A DNA stretch of 64,000 nt, from NCBI GenBank assembly GCA_963668695.2, contig CAXXLQ010000001.1:1-64000 (forward strand), written 5' to 3'. Under the pieces are notes generated by a model that did no database searches, was not told the origin of the DNA, and was given only the letters and a program-made list of their open reading frames with translations. How positions within the stretch are numbered: position 1 is the first letter of the stretch; each line of letters begins with the position of its first letter. Source of the stretch: Vicinamibacteria bacterium (GTDB taxonomy: Bacteria > Acidobacteriota > Vicinamibacteria > Marinacidobacterales > Marinacidobacteraceae). Of this stretch, positions 53,031 through 61,312 are shown piece by piece. The position numbers and the translations under genes are program-made.

Positions 53031-54455
53031 GGAATAGCCCGTCTCTCCCGAGGGCCTGAGGGCACTCGGGCGGTTTCAGGGCGCGGCCGATTTCATAGTG
53101 CCGCACCCGCCATCGTGGAGTCCGGCCAGGACGGGTTCGAGTCCGGAGAGTGGTCGTTCGCGGTGCTACCGGATTCCGCTTTGCCGGAGAACCGCCGACG
53201 GATCTGGTTCACGGCCCGCCCTGTCAATTGGACGACCGAACCTGTCCGCTCCCAGAGGCGCACTCCACACAGTGTGAAGTCGCACTGGTCATCTTTGACC
53301 AGGTGACCTCACCGCCGGCTGGCGGTTCAGTCTTCTTCGGGCACTTCTCCCTCTTCGGGGGCGCCGGCGAAATCGAGTTCGACCAAGACCCCATTGCCCT
53401 CCGAGATTTCCTTGAAATGGGCTACGACAGCTTGGAAGAGATCACCCATGAGAGGATGGTTTTTGTCTAGATCGGCCGCATCACACGTGGCCGCCCAGAA
53501 ATCTCCCGTCTGCCGCCACACGTGCACCGTGAAGCGCAGCGTCAAAGCACCGGGGCAACGGCTCTGAGTATCTGGATGGGTCATGGGGCCTCCGAGGGGA
53601 AGGTGGGCTATGGCTACAGCCCAAGTGGCAGGAATCCTACCTGCGGAATCGAAATCGTGGCCCGGTTCCCGCGGGCCCTTTGACTAGTCCTACCGCCCCT
53701 AATCGTCCGTGGTTCGCCTGCGCGCCCCAACGCGCTGAAGAGCGGTACGCTGGACTTCCTAGGTCCGCTACGAGTGCGCCGCGTCTGTCGCGTCGGCTCC
53801 CGCCAGGAATCCGTCCTCCGTGGGGCCACCCTCGGGGCCAATATTGCAGTAGCGGAAGTCAACACCCCCTTCCGCTACTACTTTCGCTACCCCGTTCTCG
53901 CTACCGTGTTTCACGAATCCCGTTGGCAGCACTACGTTCGCTCGCATCCTCCCAAACCGGACTCTCCGCTTTTGCGCGGAGAGTGGGGCTGGGAGCGACC
54001 CCCCTCCGATCGTACGATCTACAGCCCCGGAGTCCGGACTTATGCAAGCCCTTCTGCTACGGGTCCGGGGTCGCTCCCAGCCCGCGCCTGCGGCGCGATC
54101 GATCCCTGCGGGAAGGCTACGAACCCGCCTGCGCGGCGGGTGAAGGAGGCGGCCGGCGACGTCTCCGGCCGCCGCGTGGTCCTCGCTGCCGACACAGGCA
54201 TCGAGCCACCGCTCACCGAGGCGCTCAGGACCTCGTGGCCCGGCTCCAAGGCATTTTGGAGCCAGTGGGCCTGCGCCTCGCCGAAGGCGTCCTGGTCCGC
54301 CCGCGTGATGCGGGCGCCGACCACAACGGTGCGCCGCTCCGCCAGGAGCGCACCGGTGCGGGGGTCCGGGGGCAGAGCCCCCGTCCGTCCGTTGCTCCGG
54401 CAGCGGCGCGAGAGGCCGGGGGTTCGAAGGGGGGCGCAGCATCCCCTCGCCAGAG

Positions 54456-54487
54456 CACAGTGTGGACACACTGTGTAGGCTGGCTTA
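54456..54487 (+). other. Putative oriT (ColE1/MOBP-type nic site)
   Basis: Perfect inverted repeat CACAGTGTG-GA-CACACTGTG followed by TAGGCTGG^CTTA; ColE1 nic context is GTGTATACTGG^CTTA. Confidence 0.55.
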
Positions 54488-54807
54488 CGCTCAAGTGGCC
54501 TGCCGGCTCTGATGCTCCGGTGATCGTCTTCGGTGGTATTGGTCGAGAGTTATGCAGAACATTCCTTTGCGGCTGGCGGTGCCGGGGGCCCGCCCGGATG
54601 CTTGCGGCGGTGCTCTTCGGCCTCTCGGCACAGGTCTCGCGCTACGCGTTCCGCCGCGTCAGGCGTAAGAAGGGTGCTGTAGCGCAAGCCTGATTTGGTG
54701 CTCTTGAGTTCGAGCCATACTCCCTCCGGTCGGTAGTGAGCGCCGGGGCATTTTGGAACGGGCATGTGCGAAATCGGAACCTCGGCGGCGGAGTCTACAA
54801 TCGCTCC

Positions 54808-55830
54808 TTAGGGCAACGCCTCGCCACACGAGCGGCAGGCCAGCGACTGGCCCCCTGAATAAGCCCCACAGGAGGGGCACGCCTCCGCTTTCAAACTCAG
54901 CGCGTGGACCAGCGCTAGCGGGAATGGCACCAAGGCCGCGTAAGAAGAGATCAGCGACATTCCGAGCGGCAATAGGCCACCGTAAGCCCACCAAGCCCAG
55001 AAGGATCTCCCCTTTTTCCGGGCAATCCTGCCCGGAATGATGCCTAACACGGGGCAGAGGAGCAGGCCCACCAGAAGCACGAGCGCCATCGTTTCGCGCC
55101 TTTCGCGCCGGACAATTGCGGGATCTAGCGGAGCGGCAAGTTGCTCGGTGCGCGCCTGAAGAGCGGCCCACGCTTCCGGTGCCGCCTGCTCCAACTTCGC
55201 CGCCGCCGCGTCCGCCGCGTCCGAAGCCGCGATGGACGCCAGCATCGCTGGCGAGAGCGATGCCGTAAAGGCCTCCTCAGTTGCGCTGACCAAGACGTCA
55301 AATTCGGCCTGCGCGGCAGCGGTCACTCTGTCGGCATCGGCATCGGCCGCCTCGAACTCCCTGCGAGTCCTGTTCGCAGCCGCCTCGGCCTCCCGGATTA
55401 CGAATCGGGCGGCGTTCCCAACCCCGATCCCATGTCCGGAGCGTTCGAACCGAAGATCGTCCTTCCTCTCATTCCAGGTGTGAACGTAGTTTTGCTGCGC
55501 CGCCTGTGCCACTTGGAGTTTCTCGTTCCGGAGTTCTACTGCAGCCTGAATTCGCGCGTTCAGTTCGTCTTCGGCCTCGGCCATCTCCCTCTCGAGTGCG
55601 TCGGCCCCCTGCCGTGCCAAGAACCGCTCCTTGTCAGGCACAGCCTGGGAGGCGATTTCCAGTGCCTCGTTCGCCGCCTTCCAGGCCGCGTATTCCAATG
55701 GCGCTGCTGTCTCCAGCACGCGCTCCGCGGCTCGCAACTCCGAGCCTCCACAGCCGGAAAGCGCGAGTGGGAGCGCCAGCGCGAGCAACAGCCGTGCCCC
55801 GGCGGACGCGCGGAGGATTCTCGGAGTCAA
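54808..55830 (-). CDS. Lipoprotein-signal coiled-coil membrane protein with C-terminal zinc ribbon
   Basis: LSG-C lipobox, Ala-rich helices, TM segments, CPSC...CRSC. Confidence 0.7.
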   Translation of the reverse strand: MTPRILRASAGARLLLALALPLALSGCGGSELRAAERVLETAAPLEYAAWKAANEALEIASQAVPDKERFLARQGADALEREMAEAEDELNARIQAAVELRNEKLQVAQAAQQNYVHTWNERKDDLRFERSGHGIGVGNAARFVIREAEAAANRTRREFEAADADADRVTAAAQAEFDVLVSATEEAFTASLSPAMLASIAASDAADAAAAKLEQAAPEAWAALQARTEQLAAPLDPAIVRRERRETMALVLLVGLLLCPVLGIIPGRIARKKGRSFWAWWAYGGLLPLGMSLISSYAALVPFPLALVHALSLKAEACPSCGAYSGGQSLACRSCGEALP

Positions 55831-56050
55831 TTCGCCCTCCTGCCGGTCACTGACCGGGCGGGAGGGGCTATCAGCCCAGAAGGCGCACTAACCGCTTGAA
55901 CCGGGGCGACGGTCGCAGCCGAAAAAGGATCGCCTGGCCCGGAATCCTCCAGCGCGCGGAGCGCCGCCAGCGGGGCTCGGAACGCAGCGGCGGCCGCCCG
56001 CCGCGCTGCCGAGAGAGGGGCGCGGCAACCGCCAGACGTCGCCGATGAGA

Positions 56051-56926
56051 TTATCGAGACAACCAATGCTCTGCAGCCCCTACGCTCGCATAATGCCAGC
56101 TGCTTGCGGCGCTCAGTAGGCGTTCAAGAAGTAGTTTCTCGAATGCAGCGCGATCGGCTACGGTCCCTTCCGCTACAGCCTCCGTCCACCTTGAGCTGCG
56201 GTTCCAGATTCCGTTGAATTCGTCCGCACGCAGTGCGGGGTTCAGCATCGCATCCGCGTAGCGATCCAAGGCGTTGACAAAGTAGCCGTGGGTATTCCTC
56301 ACTTGCGCCGCCTCCGCCTCCCTCCGAGCCGCGCTTGCCATCGTCCTTGCCAGATCGTCGGCCGTCGCCTCCGCCTCCCTCCGAGCGGCGTTCGCCGTCT
56401 GTATCGCTATGTCAAGTGCCACCATTGCCGCATCAGCAACGCCAGTGGCGGAATCCAAACCGTCAATCGCTGACGAGCGGTCGGGACACCCGCTCGAAGA
56501 ATCCTGGGCGTCCGGCCGGGATTCGGCCACGGAGAAGATTGCCACGGCCGCCTCGGCCGCCTTCGAAACGGCCAACAAGGCGGCAATGAACGGGTCCCCG
56601 ACATTGCCGGTGCGAACCGCATCCGATAGGACCTCGTCCGTGATTTCGCGGTAGCCTGGACCGCTTCCGGCTCTTCCCGAATTTCCCCCCACTACTACCG
56701 ATATCGCGCGCCGGAATTCATCACAACTACTAACGGTCCTTTCCGCCGCAACGCGGTGTATTGCCTCTGTATAGACACCGACAGAGCGCACCATCGAAGC
56801 GGCAGCGACCAGCGCCCTTGTAGCCCGCACCTCGGCTTGCGCGGCGGCAACGGCGGGGTGATCTTGTGCCGCCGCGGGCACCGGCAACAGGGCAAGCGCA
56901 ACGAGAATCGAAACCGTTTGGACCAT
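56051..56926 (-). CDS. Secreted Ala-rich hypothetical protein
   Basis: Signal peptide ending AAA-Q; AARREAEA repeated twice; AAGGA RBS. Confidence 0.6.
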   Translation of the reverse strand: MVQTVSILVALALLPVPAAAQDHPAVAAAQAEVRATRALVAAASMVRSVGVYTEAIHRVAAERTVSSCDEFRRAISVVVGGNSGRAGSGPGYREITDEVLSDAVRTGNVGDPFIAALLAVSKAAEAAVAIFSVAESRPDAQDSSSGCPDRSSAIDGLDSATGVADAAMVALDIAIQTANAARREAEATADDLARTMASAARREAEAAQVRNTHGYFVNALDRYADAMLNPALRADEFNGIWNRSSRWTEAVAEGTVADRAAFEKLLLERLLSAASSWHYASVGAAEHWLSR

Positions 56927-57194
56927 GTGGGGTTTTCCTTCTGGTTGGCAGGACGGCGTCCGATCCCCGGAGCTGCGGTGGGGCCCCGGTGCGCCAGCCG
57001 CAGCGGGCGGCTCCGCGTCCCGCATAGGCTACCAAGGGTCTAGGGATCCGCTCGCGCATCACCTGTGCACCGTCCTTATCGGCGCGAGGTAATCCGCCTC
57101 AGCTGGCGGCTCGTCGTCGCCATCCTTCCGGGCTTTCTGGATCGTGCTCAGAAACGGTTCGGGTGGCCGGGATGGCGGAATCAGAAGCCCGTGC

Positions 57195-58100
57195 CTAATC
57201 CGCCAGAAACGCGCTCCACGCCTCCATGAGCGCCCGTCGCCGCTCGAACAGGTCCGAGCGCCGGTAGGCGGCCTCCACGCGGTCCCGGTTCACGTGCGCC
57301 AGTGCCAGCTCGCAGACCTCCCTGGGCGTCTCGGTGCACTCCGCCGCCCAGTCCCGGAAGCTCGACCGGAACCCGTGCGGCACCGCTTGGATCCCGAGGT
57401 CCCGGACCATCTTCGTGATCGTCGCATCAGAGAGCCGCCGGCCCCGGGGCGAGGGGAACACCAGCCCCGTGCCGTCCGCGAGCGCCTGCGCCTCCCTCAG
57501 CACCGCCAGCGCCCCCTCGGAGAGGGGAACCCGGTGCTCGCGGCCCATCTTCATCCGTTCCGCCGGAATGCGCCACTCCCGCGCCTCGATGTCGATCTCC
57601 TTCCACCGCGCGCCGCGCATCTCGCTGCCTCGGCACGCCGTCAGCACCAGGAACTCGAACGCCAGCACGGTCGCGGGATAAGCCCCGGACCCGCGCACCG
57701 TAGCGATGGCCCCGGCAACCTCCGCATAGGGAAGCGCCCGGTGATGCTGCGGCCGGACCTCGTTCCGGGGCCGCGCCGCGCCGATGGCCTCCCCGGCCGG
57801 GTTGTCCTCCCGGTAGCCCTGCGCCACCGCCCACCGCATCACCGCGGCGATCCGGTGCCGCACCTGCCGGGCCGTGGCCCGCTTCTCGTTCCAGATGGGA
57901 AGCAATACCGCCATCACGTCCGCCGTGTGGATCCGGTCCACCGGTCTCCCGCGCAACCTCGGCATCGCGTGGTCTCGCAGCGTCGCCCGCCACAACTTCT
58001 CGGAGCGTCCGCCGTCCTTCCATCCGGTCCGGTGCATCGCGATGACCTTCTCGGCGGCTTGGTCGAAGGTGGGGACTGTGCGCTTGCCTCCGGTGACCAG
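57195..58100 (-). pseudogene. P4-like tyrosine integrase lacking its N-terminal arm-binding domain
   Basis: PTFDQAA core-binding start; catalytic residues TACR, MK, HGFR, LAH, AAY intact; 5' end replaced by an antitoxin fragment. Confidence 0.85.
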
Positions 58101-58107
58101 CTCCCCG

Positions 58108-58324
58108 GCCGGCGTCGCTGAAGGCGGCCGTTGCCGAGGTGAGCCGGGCCGACGGCACGAGCATCAACCAGTTTGTGACGACGGCGGTGGCGGAGAAACT
58201 CTCCGCCCTGAAGACCGCCGAGTTCTTCAACGACCGCGCGACCGGGGCGGACATCGAGGCGGCGCGCCGGCTGCTGCAGCGCGACGGCGGGCAGCCTCCG
58301 GCGCCCGAGGACCGGATTGCGTAG
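58108..58324 (+). pseudogene. 5'-truncated duplicate of the antitoxin at 43663..43914
   Basis: Identical to 43698 onward for ~65 bp, then diverged; ends PAPEDRIA-stop. Confidence 0.88.
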
Positions 58325-58520
58325 GGGCGACGCCGTTTCGGTTCGAATACGAACGACGCACCACTGATTGTCCTGCCGACTCCGTCCGTCGTGACCGAGC
58401 CGCGGCACCAACTCGGCGCGGCCTAGCGTCATCAGCGCTGATTTCGCGCTCCCGCGCGATGCCGGCCAGAGGCCGGCGCTCCAAGCCGTCCCCGCGATCC
58501 TGAGTCAGCAGCTCTGCGCG

Positions 58521-58569
58521 ATTCGCGGCGCTCCGCGCCGCGGTGCCGGTGTGAACACCGGCGCTCCCC
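58521..58569 (-). repeat. REP-like double hairpin
   Basis: Reverse strand GGGAGCGCCGGTGTTCACACCGGCACCGCGGCGCGGAGCGCCGCG. Confidence 0.7.
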
Positions 58570-58627
58570 GGCCGTCCCGGTCGCCGTGCCGACCGGAATT
58601 CCACCCCCGGTCGCGTTGGGAATGGAC

Positions 58628-58653
58628 GGAACCTTCCCGGTACACTGCTCGTT
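58628..58653 (+). promoter_or_regulatory. Putative ECF-sigma promoter
   Basis: GGAACC-16 bp-CGTT, conserved upstream of both DUF5916 genes. Confidence 0.5.
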
Positions 58654-58688
58654 CATCTTCAATTCTGGAGACTGGGACGCTGGAGGTC

Positions 58689-61106
58689 ATGCACCGTCAT
58701 TCGCTGATCCACAAGGTGTTCTGGAGGACCGTCGAGGCGGCCGTTTTGTTGCTGGTCGGCGCGTTCCTGGGCGCCGGCAGCGCGACCGCCGCCCAGGACG
58801 GCTCGGCTACTCCACCCACGGACCGCCGGGTTCAGGATGATCAGGACGACCTCGGGCTGTCTTCCCGTGGTTCCGGCAGGCTCGCCGACAGCCAGCAGGC
58901 GCTTGACTCGACGATGGAAAGCCGCATTCTCGGGCCGCCCGCCCCCGCGGCGGGAGAAGCCGTCAGCCGTGACGCCGACGGCCGGGTAACCCTCCGCGCC
59001 TTCCGGCTCGCCGAGCCGCTCACCGTGGACGGGATCCTCGACGACCCGGTCTACGACCAGGTGCCCGCAGCCGAGGGGTTTGTCCAGCAAGAGCCCGACG
59101 AAGGTGCGGCCGCCTCGGAGGGCACCCGCATCTGGGTGCTCTACGACACGGACAGCCTCTACATCGCCGCCGAACTCGAAGAAGACCATCCGGAGCGCCT
59201 GATGGCCAACGAGATGCGCCGCGACGCGCGGAACATCGACTGGGGCGACAGCTTCTCGGTCATCATCGACACCTTCTACGACCGCCGGAACGGCGTCCTC
59301 TTCCACACGAACGTGCTGGGCGCCCTGTTCGACGCGCAGGTGACCGACGAACGAAACGTAAACGCCGACTGGAACACGGTCTGGTGGGTGAAGAGCCACC
59401 TTCTCGACGACAGGTACACCGTGGAGATCCGAATCCCGTTCCGCTCGCTGCGTTATGCGGCCGGCGGCGCCCAGCTCTGGGGGATCAACTTCCGCCGCCG
59501 CATCAAGCACCGAAACGAACAGGCCTTCTTCACCCCGACGCCCCAGGCCTACAGCCGCGACGGATTGACCCGTCTCTCCAACGCGGCGACGCTCGTTGGC
59601 CTCGAGGCGCCCCCCGGCTCGCGAAGAATGGAACTGAAGCCGTACGCGATCGGATCCCAGAGCCACGTTCCCCTGCGGGACATCGACAACGAGTGGTCCG
59701 GCGATATCGGCGCCGACTTCAAGTTCGGCGTCACCGACGGGCTTACCGCCGACATCACCTGGAATACCGACTTCGCGCAGGTCGAGGACGACGAGACCCA
59801 GATCAACCTGAGCCGCTTCAGTCTCTTCTTCCCGGAAAAGCGCGAGTTCTTCCTCGAGGGGCAGGGGGTCTTCGACTTCGGCGGCCGGCAAACCCGCGCC
59901 CGCGCCTTCGGAGGCGGCTCCAACGATGCTCCCATCCCGTTCTTCAGCCGGTCGATCGGCATCTCGGGCGGCAGCGCGGTGCCGATTCTCGGGGGCGCCC
60001 GCCTCCACGGCCGCGCCGGCGCCTACCAGATGGGGCTCATGAACATCCAGGCCGGCGACGTGCCCGGCCTCGACGTGGAGTCCACGAACTTCAGCGCCTT
60101 CCGGATGAAGCGGGACATCTTCTCGCGCTCCAACATCGGGGTGATCGCCACCCATCGGAGCCTGAACGCCGCCGGCACCGGTTCCAACTCGCTCTACGGC
60201 GTGGACGGAGTCTTCAACCCGACCGATCACATCCGGATCAACACCTTCTACATGGCGACCAGCGAGCCCGGGGTGGACACCGGCCATCAGGCTGCCAGCT
60301 ACCTGGGCCAGTTCCGCTACGACACCGACCTGATCGATGTCACCGCCGAACGCCTCTACCTCGGCGAGGACTTCAATCCCGGGATGGGTTTCCTCCGCCG
60401 GAGCGACTTCACGAAGAACGGCGCTTCGTTCCAGTTCTCGCCGCGCCCCCGCGGCATCAAGGCGATCCGCCAGTTCGAGTTCAAGGTGGACGCGAACAAC
60501 TACGACCGTCCCGACGGCGAGATGGAGACGCGGGAATACAAGTTCGAGGCGAGGGCCGTTCTGGAGAGCAGCGACCGCATCTTCCTCGACCACACCGTGA
60601 CCGAAGAGCGTCTGCTCGGGGGGTTCGACCTCTCCAGCGAGGTCGGAGTGCCCGCCGGCAACTACCGTTTCGCCCGCACCGGGGTACGGTTGAGAATGGG
60701 ATCCCACCGCCCGTTATCGGGCTTTTTGCGTTACGAGTTCGGCGATTTCTTCGGGGGGAGCCGGCAGGAAGTGAGTTACATGGGACGCGCCGAGCTCACC
60801 CAGCGCTTTTCCGTCGAGCCGAACGTCAGCCTGAACTGGATCACCGTCCCCCAGGGTGACGTGCGGGCGACCGTGAGCTATCTCCGCGCGACGTACACCG
60901 TCTCGCCCCGCAGCTTCCTGGGCGCGCTCGTCCAGTACAACTCGGCGGCGCAACTGATGTCCGCGAACGTCCGTTTCCGCTGGGAATACTCGCCCGGTAG
61001 CGACCTGTTCGTGGTCTTCAGCACGAACCGCGACGGGGATGACGGGCTCTCCGGGCTCAGCGACCGGACGCTCGTCGTCAAGTTCACCCGCCTGTTCCGC
61101 TTCTGA
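58689..61106 (+). CDS. CBM9-like + DUF5916 outer-membrane protein, paralogue 1
   Basis: Signal peptide, VDGILDDPVY, IDTFYDRRNG, NTDFAQVEDD, FFPEKREFFLEG, C-terminal F. Confidence 0.88.
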   Translation: MHRHSLIHKVFWRTVEAAVLLLVGAFLGAGSATAAQDGSATPPTDRRVQDDQDDLGLSSRGSGRLADSQQALDSTMESRILGPPAPAAGEAVSRDADGRVTLRAFRLAEPLTVDGILDDPVYDQVPAAEGFVQQEPDEGAAASEGTRIWVLYDTDSLYIAAELEEDHPERLMANEMRRDARNIDWGDSFSVIIDTFYDRRNGVLFHTNVLGALFDAQVTDERNVNADWNTVWWVKSHLLDDRYTVEIRIPFRSLRYAAGGAQLWGINFRRRIKHRNEQAFFTPTPQAYSRDGLTRLSNAATLVGLEAPPGSRRMELKPYAIGSQSHVPLRDIDNEWSGDIGADFKFGVTDGLTADITWNTDFAQVEDDETQINLSRFSLFFPEKREFFLEGQGVFDFGGRQTRARAFGGGSNDAPIPFFSRSIGISGGSAVPILGGARLHGRAGAYQMGLMNIQAGDVPGLDVESTNFSAFRMKRDIFSRSNIGVIATHRSLNAAGTGSNSLYGVDGVFNPTDHIRINTFYMATSEPGVDTGHQAASYLGQFRYDTDLIDVTAERLYLGEDFNPGMGFLRRSDFTKNGASFQFSPRPRGIKAIRQFEFKVDANNYDRPDGEMETREYKFEARAVLESSDRIFLDHTVTEERLLGGFDLSSEVGVPAGNYRFARTGVRLRMGSHRPLSGFLRYEFGDFFGGSRQEVSYMGRAELTQRFSVEPNVSLNWITVPQGDVRATVSYLRATYTVSPRSFLGALVQYNSAAQLMSANVRFRWEYSPGSDLFVVFSTNRDGDDGLSGLSDRTLVVKFTRLFRF

Positions 61107-61250
61107 AAGGGACTTCGGACCGGCTCCCGGGTTCCGCCGCCCCTCCCCCACGTCTCTCCCCGGTTCCGCGTCACGCCTCGTTCGGGAGAAGGGCTCGTTT
61201 TGCGGCGAGCCCAGGATCTCCGCTACCCCCGGAGGACGCTCGGAATGGAC

Positions 61251-61276
61251 GGAACCTTTCCGGTAGTCTGTTCGTT
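61251..61276 (+). promoter_or_regulatory. Putative ECF-sigma promoter, second copy
   Basis: GGAACC-16 bp-CGTT; spacer diverged, boxes conserved. Confidence 0.5.
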
Positions 61277-61312
61277 GGTCTTCGAATTCCAATTGTCTGA
61301 TCGTCGGCTCCC

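Noticed and set aside
53115-53584. Short ORFs downstream of the metalloprotease
   Set aside because: Possibly a frameshifted remnant, but no recognisable motif or reliable start
58100-58700. attR copy of the tRNA-Val 3' end beside the integrase
   Set aside because: No match to the tRNA 3' sequence found by eye; the element end appears deleted, so tRNA-Val as the integration target is unproven
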